DNA from: Spirogloea muscicola
Taxonomy: Eukaryota
Direction of reading: 5' to 3'
Length of the DNA: 33,100 nt
Assembly: GCA_009602725.1 (NCBI GenBank)
Contig: WELB01000026.1
Location: 793,702 to 826,801, forward strand
Shown here: positions 22,122 through 33,100 of the stretch, piece by piece
Position numbering within the stretch: position 1 is the first letter of the stretch
Layout: each line of letters opens with the position of its first letter
Made by a program: the position numbers and the translations under genes
The notes under the pieces: generated by a model
What the model was told of the DNA's origin: nothing
Seen by the model: the letters and a program-made list of their open reading frames with translations, nothing else
The model's database searches: none

Positions 22122-25100
22122 CCGCCGCTCAGCCCCCGCGGCGCCGCCCAGTTCTACCCCGGCGTCGGCTTCGACGACATGCCGCCGCCTCCGCAGCAGG
22201 GCGCGCAGCTCGGCAAGCCCGCGCAGGCCGGCGGCGCAGGCGCCGGCGAGCTCGCCGGCAAGTCCGGTCACGACCGCGCCGGCTTCGTCCTGGATACCGG
22301 CTACGGCGCCAAGGCTGCAGATGACGGCTTTCTGGCGAGGAGGAATGGCGACAACATGGCGCGGTCGCCGGCGTCGCCCACCGGCCCCGTCGACAGCCTC
22401 GTGTCGCTGACTAAGCCCGTGGCCGACGGCCCCGAGGCGCGCCTCCGCCCAGTCGACGGCCTCGCCGCACCGCCGCCGCAGATGCAGCAGCAGCAATTCT
22501 CCCAGGGCGGCTACCCGCAGCCAGCGCCGCCGCAGCAGGGAGGCCAGTACAACAGCGCCGTTGGCAGCCCCGGCAACAATGCGGGCACCCCCAAGGCCAG
22601 CATCCAGAGCTTCGGCTCAGACCAGCTTGCTGAGCCGGGCCGCCCGTCGGGCGACGGCAGCCGTGCTGGAAACCAGACTCCTGGCCCCAACAGCGACGTC
22701 GGCGGCGGGGCTCCGCCGCCGCAGGGCGGAGTGGGAGGCGCTAACAAGGACGCGCCAAGAACTGGCGACAACGACGGCAGGAACGACCGCCGCGGCGGTG
22801 TCATGGGCACTGTAGCGGCAGTGCCGGGTGCGCTGGCATCAGCAGTCGGCGTCACAGGCGCGGGCTACTTAGACAGCGAAGAGCGCCGCATTGTGGAGGA
22901 TCAGCGCCGGCCCTCGGCGCCGACAGACATTCCGAGCCGTGGCGGCGTGGCTGCTGATGGCGCTGACAAGGCCTGGCGCCAGGGCCGCACCTCCAGCTCA
23001 CCGCAGTCAAGCGCTGCGGCCCCAGGCGGCGGTAACAAGAGCCCCATGGCCTCAGCGCCGAGCGGTCCGGGTCCGGCAGAGGCGGGGCCGCCTGTGCCAG
23101 GCCAGCAGCGCGAAGCGCGCCCACTGCCACCCGGAGTTGCTGACCGCTATGCGCTCAGCAGCGGCGGCCTCTCCGTGCCGGTGGACCCCAGGGACCCCAG
23201 GGCGCCAGTAGTTGCTCCAGGCGCACCAGCAGCGGGGGGCGCTCCAGCGCCAGCGGGAGGCAACGTGCCGGACGAAGCGACGGGGTCGGCGGTGTTCGAT
23301 CCCGTGGTCGTGGCCAAGGAGGTGTACCAGGAGAACAAGTTCTTCCTGCTCGCCGGCACGCTCGGCGCGGCGCCCACCGTGCTGTCGGGCCTCTACTGGA
23401 TCTCGGGCGTCAGCTTCACGCTGCAGATCATACTGGGCGTCATCACCGGCGTCGCCGTCATGCTCCTCCACTTCCTCATGCAGGGGCACCGGCGCCGCGT
23501 CCGTTATCGCCGGGTAAGCCACACTGCAACATTGCTCGGGGCTTATGCATATGGTTGCTCTTTTGTACATGTCTGACACATTCGCAGTTGAGTTGAAGCT
23601 GCTTCTTGGGCTCGCTTGGATTCTCCCGGCTGTAACCATTCACGCGCATGAGGTTGCAGGCGGTGAGGCGTGAGCAGCTGGCAGCGCTGAAGCGGGAAGA
23701 CATTGAGACCCTGCTCAAGATGAAGAATCTGCCAAGCTGGATCAACTTCCCCGAGTACGACAAGGCAAGTTGCAGTCTTTTCCCGTCATCCAGCATTATC
23801 TACTGATTGTTAGACTTCGTGAGCTGCAGTGAATACCTTAGTACCTAATGGTGCCATTATAAAGGCGAGGAATCTGTGCTATGAGACCTTTATATTTAGC
23901 GCCTGCTAAGAGGTAGGTGACTCGTGTTATGTTGTTATGGTAGTAAAACGAGGGTGTTACAGGACTCTGCCTATGGATGATGGATGCCGCCGCTGACTGC
24001 TCAATGACATTGTCGGCTTGTGGGCTGCTCACGTGGCTGCAGCTTAAGTGGCTCAACGCGTTCATTATCAAGATCTGGCCATTTGTCAACAAGGCGGCGT
24101 CGGAGTTGCTCATGAACACGGTGCAGCCGATCTTGGACCAGTACAAGATGGGCGTCATTGCCAAGATGAAGCTCAAGAGCGTGACGCTTGGTAACCATGG
24201 GCCCCGTATTGACGGTCAGTAACGAGCTTCCCCACACACCCTTGGCACTCCTCCATGGCAAGTTATGATGTTGGCATTGCGCTGCTGTGGCCAGCTGCTG
24301 ATACTTTACCCTTACTTACCTCTACTGTCGTGTTTGCAGGTGTGAAGATCCTGAAGGCAGGCCCTGATGAGATTGTGATGGAGCTGATGGTGGACTGGCG
24401 ACAGGGGCGAGACCAGAAGGCTGTGCTGGCTCTGGACACCCTCGTGGGCCCCGACTTTACAGTGAAGCTCAAAGACATCCGGCTCTACGGCGTGCTGCGC
24501 CTCGCCTTTAAGCCCCTCACTGAGCACATGCCTGGCATCGGCGCCATCCTTGTGTCGCTGCGTGAGTCGGTGAGGCCAGTTGATGCAGATGCACTCCCAG
24601 ACCCACTGCAGGCTATCTTGAGCTGTGGCTTGACCCTCATTGCCATGCCTGTGAACTTCACCAGTCTGCTGTTATGAAGCTTTGAGAAACTTATGCTACA
24701 GCGCTGCAAGGTCCAGTTCCTGTCAAAATGCTGTCTAGTGCAAGCTGGTATCTGCTCTCCGAGCACCAAAGTCGCTGCTAAGAGACAGTCGGCGCTTGTC
24801 TGTCAATGGTAGTCAAGTCGGCGCTCGTTGGTAAAGTCGCAGCTTGCTCCCCCGGTATTCATGCTAATACTGCTCACTAATTGGCCATGGTGCTACTGTT
24901 TTGCGCAGCCGCTTGTGGAATTTGACTTTGAAGTCCTTGGCGGGAATCTTGCTGGAATGCCTGGGCTGGACGGCCTCATTGATGTGAGTACTGACCTTGA
25001 CTAAATTCATTGTCTGTCAGTCATGGCCAAAGAGGTCCACCATAGCCAGTGGCTCACAAGTGTGCCATTCTTTGCCTTCTGCGCAACCAAAGGCAATGGA

Positions 25101-26280
25101 TGTCGTTCCTATCTGAGCAGTCTGGTGAACTCTGGTGGCCATGCAGAACATCATCAGGACTGCAGTCGAGGACATGCTGGTGTACCCAAACCGCATCGTG
25201 GTGCCCATTGTGCCTGGCGACTACAAGTAAGACAACAAGTCTGCTCTTGACTGTTGTTTCAGTTTTGGTGCTATGGATGGGGCAGCTGAGGCTGTTGAAG
25301 GACGAAAGGTTCTTGCAGTCCTCGGTTGCTGCTCAATATGAAAAAATGGACACGTTGTTGCAGGTGGCTGGAACTGAGGCCTGTTGGGCGGCTTGATGTC
25401 ACCCTCATTGAGGCAAAAGGGCTTCCTAAGACCGACGTCATTGGGAGCTGCGATCCGTATGCCCTTATCTATGTGCGCCAGAAGCAGGGGAAGATCAAGC
25501 GCAGCACCACCAAGCACAAGAATCAAACTCCAACTTGGAACGAGGGCTTCTTTGTGGAAGTCTGTGACCTCCTGGCTCCTGGCTCTTCTGCTTGCGCACC
25601 GATTGGCAAGCATGTGTTTGCGTCTCACTTAGACTACCTGCCACAACATTTGTCTTCTAAGAGACGCTGAGACCACTAACTTGCTTCTGGCAGGCCGAAG
25701 ACCTTGAGTCGCAGTGCCTGACCATCCGCATGATGGATGATGAGCGGGTGGAGAGGGCAGAGATGATTGGCATTGCAACACTGCCACTCTCACAGGTAAG
25801 CACGGTGATTTTGTTGCAAGGTTCACTACCTACTTGCTTGGCCATGTTTCTCTGCTGACAACGATGCAGACTCCCTTTGTAGGAGTGCCATTCAATATGC
25901 AATGCTTCGGAGGGGCAAAATAGCTTCTTGTTGACTTTTCGTGTTTGATTGTAACTCCATATGGGCCAGCTCTAACCTGCACGAGCAATCTTGCAATCCT
26001 GCAGCTTCAGCCCAACATGCCAGCGGACATGTGGTTGGACCTCAAGAATGACCCCAAAGATCCAGAGAGCAAGGTAAAAGGCCAGGTGCATATCAACATT
26101 GTCTACAAGCCATACACAGATGCGAACCCGCGAAAGGAGGAGGAAGTGACAGTCAGCCAAGAGGAGGAGGTTGCGGGTGCCAAGGAAGGAAAGAGTGGAG
26201 GTGCCAAGCGGCGGGGCAAGCACCCGGACAAGAATGAGGAGGGTGGGAATGTTGCTGTGGCTGGCCATGAGTATGAGTGA
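22122..26280 (+). CDS. Synaptotagmin-like lipid-transfer/tether protein (SYT4/SYT5-type SMP + one C2 domain) with a long N-terminal extension; start may lie in the gap (first visible ATG 22179)
   Basis: Exons: <22122-23513, 23660-23764, 24043-24214, 24340-24569, 24909-24983, 25147-25226, 25364-25559, 25694-25795, 26005-26280, all phase-compatible. SMP: LPSWINFPEYDK|LKWLNAFIIKIWPFVNKAASEL...VTLGNHGPRIDGV...GVLRLAFKPL...VLGGNLAGMPGL...PNRIVVPIVPGDY. C2: LELRPVGRLDVTLIEAKGL, DVIGSCDPY, PTWNE, MDDE..AEMIG, MWLDL, GQVHINIVYKPY. Hydrophobic anchor at 23340-23480. Confidence 0.9.
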
Positions 26281-26910
26281 ATATTCCAGCAGTCTTACCA
26301 CTGCCATTGCAATTGGACGCTCAAAAGCATTTGAGAGCAGCATTTGAGGGGCGTCTGTGAGTTGCATATGATAGGACATCTTTGAGCAGTCATGTGAGGT
26401 GTAGCCCATTATCAGTAGGCCTTTATCCTTTTATGGGTTACTCTTGACTGTAAAACTGGACAGCAGCCTGGGCAGCAGCCCTACCCAGGACAACTATGAC
26501 TTCTAGCACCTGCTTGTCTTGGTCACTCTGCGTGCCTGTTCAAAGCTCGACTGTGTGATGCATAGGTGGGTGTGCGATGCATGAAAAGCATTGGTGCACG
26601 TGGAACTCAGTATGATTCTCGCAAGAGGTTCCTTGCCTATCTGATCTTTCTTCCCCAGTGGGGAGCAGCCCCATACGCCAGACAAAGTCCAGCAGCAGCA
26701 GGCCTCCTGGGCAAGGTTTCTTACACGACCAGCGAGTTCGGATTGCTGAGTTCTCAGATAGTCATGGAAAGCATGTGCCCGCTCAGGCAGGTTGGCATTT
26801 ATCAACTCATGGTTATACACATCACAAGTCAGTGGTACCCTAGCAAGCCCTGAAGGCCAGCAATTTTAGGTGCGTACATGGTAGAAACTCTCCCGCCTAG
26901 ATACGACTAG

Positions 26911-29900
26911 CTACTGTTGCTGTTGTGATTCCCAATCTGAACCCTGCACATCAATGAAGGAGCGTAGCCATGTGATGGCCTCAGCCTTCCTGAAAGGTGG
27001 AATGAGGAAAGCTGAGAAATAGCTTTGGAAAGGGGCCAGTCGCTGTTTCACGTTTCAACAGATCAAATAAGTACAATTGTGACATTGACGATTATAATCT
27101 CAATGAGAATGCTTGTCATTAATCTGGTTAAGCTGCTCATCTTATCAGCACTGCAATTAATTCACCTGCAGGGAATGCATGGTAGCGACTATATGGGACA
27201 TGTCTATGCGATGCTCTGGATTGTCTCTAACACAAAGGGCGGCAAGGTGGGCCACTGTGCTGAACTCATGCGGTGCCATCTCCTTCTGCTCAATGCAGCA
27301 CCAAAGGACGTCTCAAAGTGGAAGATTGGAAAAGCAGAGTCCAAAGAGTTGGCGTGCCTGAGTGGAAGGTTGGAACAGCAGAGTCCAAAGAGTTGGCGTG
27401 CCTGTAAGATCCAGGACAGACGCAGGATGTGTTGGAGTGTGGGTGTGTAATGTTACCTGCAGCTGTGCATCAACCATCTGCAGAAGCTGGCAGTGATCTG
27501 ACAAGAATGGGAAGTGTGCACTCGGTGCTTCCTTCATCTTCTCTGGTGGATTGCCGATGTCCTCCAGCGTCCTCCCAGTCAGCAGCTCAAGGAGCAATAG
27601 GCCGTAGCTGTACACATCAGTTGCTGGGCTGGCCTCCTGCAGATTGCTGCCACGAAGCTCTGGAGCTGCCCATCAAGCAAGTGAAGGATGTATAGCATTC
27701 CAAGCAGGTGTCGACGATAATGACTGATCGTGACCTTTCAAGCACCTAGCTAATCAGACCGCAAGCTATATAGTGAGACAAGCTACTGACGATCACATCA
27801 ATAAGTCAAAACACACAACTTCGCGTGGCTGCCAATGAGAGCAAGAGGCACCTAAACGGGATGGGCTCCAGGCCTGGTATATGCCACGCTTCAGAAGAAG
27901 CTGGTAGCTGTAGCCACGCAGCTTAGCTCGGTTGTCATCATTGATGAAAACATTCTCAGGTCTAATGTCTGCATGAACGAGGGGAGGCATGCTCTGCAAA
28001 AGACAGGTATTTGACATGCTTGAAGAAAGTCAACCTTTAGGGTGATACAAACAGCAAGTGCTGCGGTCACTCTCTCCATGGAGCGTGCGGCCAGTTCTTC
28101 CACACTCGCAATGCATTGGAAGCTCTAGCAACTCTAAGGTCGCCAATAAGAGTTTGCAACGCGTTGAGAGCTATATCAACAAGGACAGGAATGCAACAAC
28201 AACAAAAAATTGCACAGGAAGTGAAGCACATCTACCCTGTGAAGCACATCAATGGCTTCAGCAACATCGAGCGCCACACGCAGTCGACCAATCCAGCCGA
28301 GCAGCAGGCCTTCCGTGCCTGCTCTAGGATGTAGCAAATGCTCCAGCGAGCCTTCACAAGCAATGATATTAAAGGAGCTCAGCAGATAGCCAGTTCCTGA
28401 AAACACCTCTTACTGATATATTGTTAGCTCCAGTGTTCACACTGCCCGGTTCTGAACAAGTCAATGTGCGATGGAAATTCGGACAGCAAGTTATAGAGGC
28501 GGTGGCATGCCGCTTCTGCTACCTCCAATGCAGAGTTCGTGCACAAGGAGCCTTTCTTGGTCATGAATACAGTAGCCTTTCAGTCTGAGAATTTTCGGAT
28601 GACGCAAGCTCGCCAGTCGTTGCATGGTGCTGAAGAAGCTCTTGTCGACCGGCCAGAGAGCCGCAGAGAGGTTGATTGGCTCCAGTCTTGTTAAAGCTAC
28701 GACCTGCAGGGTGCCAGGGTAATTGCTCCTCAGCAGAGATTCCAGAGACACTTGCCGAAGCAAGCCCTTCTGTGCTTCGCTGACTTAGACTCATTAGCGT
28801 CACGCATAACACCCTGCAGTCTCTGTAAGTCCACTGAACAAGAAACTGTAATGATCCTCTGGAGCATGTCCAGCTGATCAACGAGAGCTTCGGAAGCTTG
28901 ATGCTGGCCAACAGTGTAGACAGTGTGGTGCCCCATGCATGATAGTCTGCCTGGCTTGCTGTGCTCAGGAATCCCGAGCTGCTTAAAAGCACCATGCTGG
29001 CTGAGTGTATGCCCACCTGGTCGTCGGGCAGGTGGCATCTGTAAACACGGCCGTACATCCAGGTCCCCAGGAGATGTGTCTTCCTGCTGAAACCCTCCGT
29101 GCCAGTCTGCGCACAATGCACATTGGAAAAACATGGCCAGCTCACTGTGTGCAGTACCCAAGGACTCCTAAATGGTGTCTATTCAGCGAGGCATCCATGC
29201 AGGGGTTGACGGTGTTTACGGATGTCTGCAGCAGGCGGCGACTCGGCTGACAGCTGGCCAGACTAGCTGGCCGGAGTCAGCGAAGGGCAGGCAACATATT
29301 AAGCTCCAGCGTTTGCGCCGCCAGCCATGGTGCCGAGCGAGACGATCAATGGACTGCCGGCACGACCAAGCTAGCGAGGATCGAAGGCCAAATCTGTGGT
29401 TGTTTCAATGGGGCGCGATACCTGGAGATCGTAGTAGGCGAACTTGGTCAGCTCCCCGGCTCCCGCCGCCGCCAGCTGCGCTTCGGAGCCGGAAGAAGGC
29501 GCGACGCGAGCGCCAGCGGCGCGCCTGCCGCTTAGCGCGCCTGCGCCGCCTGCCGAAGCTCTGCGCGCCACCCGCGGCCGCTTGGGCCACCACCAGAAGA
29601 GCAGGCACGCCGCGACCGCCACGGCCAGCGCCGCGGACGCCGCGAGCGTGGGCGCCAGCGGCAGGGCCGCCAGCCAGGCCGCGGCGAGCCAGGGCCGGGC
29701 TTCGTGCCGTGGCGGATTCTGCGGCTGCGACGGCCAAAAAAAAAAAAAAAAAAAAAAAAGGCGTCGGCGGCGCTGGCGGCGGCGCTGGCNCGGCGGCGGC
29801 GGCGCTGGCGGCGGAGGCGGCGGCGGCGGCGGCGTGGCCGGCCAGCTGCAGGCTGGAGAGGCGGGGAGGTGGGGGGAGGTGGCCGTTGATATAGGTGGCA

Positions 29901-29952
29901 ACGCAAACGGCGCCAAGCCCGCCGACGGTGCGCCGTTTACTCGGCCAGCCAT
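26911..29952 (-). CDS. Single-pass RLK/Pelle-family receptor-like kinase, predicted pseudokinase; both ends uncertain
   Basis: Exons (-): (29952 or ~29724/29718)-29422, 29106-29017, 28703-28523, 28351-28236, 27993-27852, 27665-27457, 27285-27166, then either read-through stop at 27157 or a last exon 26943-26911 (alternative 26849-26829). TM LAASAALAVAVAACLLFWWW then KRPR; KFAYYDLQ|TGTEGFS (FSYxELxxATxxFS-like); LRHPKILRLKGYC..ERLLVHE; GSLEHLL; W..RLRVALDVAEAIDVLH; PPLVHADIRPENV; APE; DVYSYGLLLLELLTGR; LCVRDNPEHRIDM. Confidence 0.82.
27317..27404. repeat. Tandem duplication, 2 x 44 bp with 2 mismatches, in a kinase intron
   Basis: agtggaagattggaaaagcagagtccaaagagttggcgtgcctg (27317-27360) followed by agtggaaggttggaacagcagagtccaaagagttggcgtgcctg (27361-27404). 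Confidence 0.92.
29736..29759 (+). repeat. A24 homopolymer inside a GC-rich island, 31 bp from a single N (29790)
   Basis: 24 consecutive A read directly. Confidence 0.9.
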
Positions 29953-30532
29953 TCCGCTTCCAGAACCCGTTCCCCCATCCTGCCGGCCCGCCTGTGTACA
30001 GCTGTGCCGCTCCTCCCGTCTTCACGTCGCCGAGCAGCACGATCGTGACGGACGCCTTGCAATCGGTCGAAGTGGTCAGCCTATGCCAGCACCACACCCA
30101 CCACGATTTGACACAGCACTAACACCTGGCATACGTTCATCGTACACAATGCAGCTCTTACGTACCCGACCTGCAGCGCTGCCAGCGGTCAGCAAGGTCT
30201 AGCAAGAGTTGACAAGGTCCTAGGCGCTGCAAAGGAAGACGTCTTTACAAGCCAGCTGCCACGTCTATACATAATGTGCAAGTATATGGTGCCACACGGC
30301 ACCAGGTATATGGTAACTGTCATCATAGCATTGTCATGGTATTGTCATGTTGTATGATGTGGTAAATTTTACCTGTTAGAAGCTACTGACATGTGCTTTC
30401 TAAGAGCTTGAGAAACGTGCTACATATTGAGCTGTATGGTACCATAAGGCTATGAAGTAGGATTAAGGTGGCGTGAATGGCAGAGGCAATTGCCAGGATC
30501 GTACCATTTTGTAGATTGGCCCCATGGGCCGG

Positions 30533-32784
30533 TCAGGCTGCCCAGAAAACAAGCATTGCCGCCGACAGTAAGGCCATTGACTCATCGAGCTTGTTCTGGG
30601 CAAGGAAGAGGACAGCCCATGTGAGCAGCCCAGCAGCCAGTCCATGCCGACAACTTGTCACAAGCTTCGAGGAGTTTGATGGCTGGAAGTCGGGCCAAAA
30701 CATGTCTAGCTTTTGAATAGGCTGCTGTGAAGTAAATCCAAATGTTTGTAGAGTACCTCCTGGTGACTGCAGCATGATCACATGGGTTAGAGCTGCCAGC
30801 GTAGTACGGCTCGCTCGAGTATCGATTAACATCAATAAAGCTAGCATGTTATGTGTGCCAAAGTGCAGGTCTAAACATGCGGAAAAGCTGCGACCAGTCC
30901 TGATCATTGTTTGCCTGTTTGCAGGTTGGCTACACTTTAAAGATATCTATTGCGATGGATCTGCTTCATGGAAATCAATGTCAGAGTTAGTATGCGTACC
31001 TGAAGAGGCCCAAGATCAAAGCTGCTCTGGCATGTCACCTCTTCATGAGCAAATTTTAGAGTTGATAGCTGTTGGATTGGAAGCTTTGTCTCGCTGATGC
31101 ACTGCTCCTGCGTTACACTCTTTAAAATGTACTCTGCGAGATGGTCATGGCAAAGCGAGCTTCAGGTCCATAGGGCTGCATGCTTACATGAATCTTGGGA
31201 GTGTGTATACGAGAATATGCCTGTTATTGACTGCACTAGAAGATATAAATTTTCTTACTAGACGTCATAAGTAAGCTGGCAGTGATTCTGCTATGTACAT
31301 GTACGTATTATTGAGGAGGATTTGCTACTGCCAACTCGAGACGATGCTTACCCGTCAGGAAAAGGCCCAGAACCTCGCATGGAAGGCTTGGCTCTAGAAA
31401 TGTGTGGTAAAGTGCCACCATTGACAACGCTCTGGCCAGGAGGGACAGTCCCACCTCATGTGAAGTCTCCGAAGAGCAACTTTTCCAATGCAACTTGTAA
31501 CCTGGCTTGATTTCTCCTTCACTCCAAGCAAGATGACTGTCCGCCTGGAACGGTGACAGCAAAGGGGTCTCAGCTAACCTGCGGACACTGGACATTTCCT
31601 TCCTGGGTCCTTCCAGTCTAGCGCTGACAGGCTCAGCCATGCTGTCTGAAATTTGTATTTCGCAGTCGCTGACAAGATCAGGTCTGGATTTGATCTGAGC
31701 TCTCTTCTGAAGTCTGGGGCTCTCAAGTAGGAACTGGTCTTCACGGTCTTGCAATTCCGTCACGGTGGAATTTGACCTTCATCACAAGAACACCCATGTT
31801 TGAGGTCACTGTTAGGAGGTGCTGGCAAGGCTGCCAGCCAGCTGGTGAATCTCTGCCAATATGGAACTATCTCACGACTCGTTTCCACTGAGGAAAGACT
31901 CGTCGGTACTTCAACCTATAGTCTCTAGACGCATTCAGGAATGAGGTCAAGCATTCATGCTGACTGGTAGAAAGCACAGTGGTGAGCACTAAGTGGAGGT
32001 GATGCAGATTAGAAGTGATGCAGATTAAGTAAGGCAATACAATTCACTTTCACAGGTGATTAGTCCTCAATACCGGCATGCACATGCCAGTTCATGGTGA
32101 ATACAGCTACGTTGATCTTACCTCAAAGCAGCAGGCGACCTGCTCTTTTGCCAGCTGCATCGTAGACATACTTTTGAAATTACAGCTGTCAGGCCTGTAG
32201 TACACTCGGAAGGCTGCATTGACCGCCGCAGCGATGGCAGGCACTGAGCCTGTCGGTGCTGGGGCAGGCTGAGCGTACTAGCAGCAGACGTGGCTGCGAG
32301 GGCCATTGAGCGTCCCGCCATGTTGATTGCGTGCAGGCAGCCTCTGACGCTGAAGTTGACGACCTTCACCAGCTGGCCCATGGAGGTTCTCATTGCTTGA
32401 GCAGGCAAGGCGCACAGGCCCTGCACCTTCGTGAAGGGACGCTGCAGCCTCTCCAGCTTGACCCTGGTGGCGGCCGCCATGTTGCCTGCCGCCACATGAA
32501 GCTGGTGCTGCCTGCCAAGCGACATCTGAGTCATCAGGCCATAACACTGCGACTTCTCAAGGACGGGCTGGCTCGGCATGCCCGAGCGAGGCTAGCAGAG
32601 AGGAGGGATTGCTGCAAGCGGGGCGTGCCGACCTCGGTCGTCCAGGCTGGTGATGCGCTGCAGCAGGAGTCGTCGCGGCACTTTGAGAGGAGGGCGTGTG
32701 GCCAGCCGGACGCGCGCACGAGCACCAGCCTGCCACAGCCGCGTGCGCCACCGACGACGGCAGTAGAGCGCTCTGCATCGTCAT
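30533..32784 (-). CDS. Unrecognised spliced gene; protein with a Ser/Ala/Arg-rich N-terminal part and two C-terminal hydrophobic segments
   Basis: Phase-compatible exons (-): 32511 (or ATG 32579)-32122 (AG|gtaaga), 31776-31352 (G|gtaagc), 31133-31000 (CAG|gtacgc), 30766-30533 (stop). Possible first exon 32784-32726 (MTMQSALLPSSVAHAAVAGW). Ends GLAAGLLTWAVLFLA-QNKLDES-MALLSAAMLVFWAA*. No family motif recognised. Confidence 0.5.
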
Positions 32785-33100
32785 CGAGCCTCTTGGAGAC
32801 TTGCTAATCGAGATGCTGCACACTGGCGCGGCTGGGGGCGTAGGCGGAGGGAGGTGCGAGAGCGGCTGGCGGCGAGCTGCGCGAGCTCCGAAGCCGAGCG
32901 CTGCAGGTGAGCCCGGCGGCCCGAGGGGGCCGCACGGCTGCAGCGGAAGCGGCGCCGGCGCGCCGGCTGCGGCTTGGGCGAGTCCGGCAGAGGCGGGGGT
33001 CAGGGACTGGACGTCGAGCGGGCGCAGCTCAGGGCTGCAAGTCCCGAGGCTGCCGTCGTGGCGCCGCCTCGTCCAGCCCGCCCGCGCCCGCGGCCGGCCC

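Noticed and set aside
20739..23576. ORFs spanning the N gap (585, 496 and 881 aa)
   Set aside because: Artefacts of translating through Ns; only the part from 22122 of the 881-aa frame is credible, as synaptotagmin exon 1.
26281..26900. Second C2 domain of the synaptotagmin, or a separate gene (ORFs 26503-26820 - and 26566-26853 +)
   Set aside because: No C2 or other motif in these ORFs; consistent with the 3' regions of two convergent genes.
27317..27404. CRISPR-like repeat
   Set aside because: Two adjacent copies with no spacer, inside a eukaryotic intron, and no cas genes.
30287..30304. 7-bp hairpin tggtgcc-acac-ggcacca with nearby short repeats (gtatatggt, attgtcatg)
   Set aside because: Short enough to occur by chance in 33 kb; no supporting context.

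Overview
Eukaryotic nuclear DNA: GC-rich and intron-dense (about 50 spliceosomal introns, mostly 85-570 bp). Gene content (PMI1/PMIR, plant-type SPT5, SYT4/5-type synaptotagmin, RLK/Pelle kinase fold) points to a green plant, most plausibly a streptophyte alga (inference). The ORF track is largely misleading because of splicing, so I rebuilt gene models by hand from splice sites and frame continuity. In order: 3' part of a METTL23-like methyltransferase (+); a ~1772-aa PMI1/PMIR protein with NT-C2, PMIR C-terminal region and an intact terminal LysM (-); SPT5 with 22 exons, divergent from PMIR (+); a PLAC8/CNR8-like gene (-); a 996-N gap; a synaptotagmin-like SMP + single-C2 gene with a long N-terminal extension (+); a membrane-anchored RLK/Pelle pseudokinase (-); an unrecognised membrane-protein gene (-). 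Most notable: the LysM-bearing PMIR with a 75-aa uncharged segment, the E-Syt/tricalbin-like synaptotagmin architecture, the catalytically degenerate receptor kinase, CpG-island-like gene starts, two GC-AG introns and a telomere-like G4 tract in an intron. I see no rRNA, tRNA, CRISPR array or autonomous transposon. Family assignments rest on remembered motifs, not on a database search.
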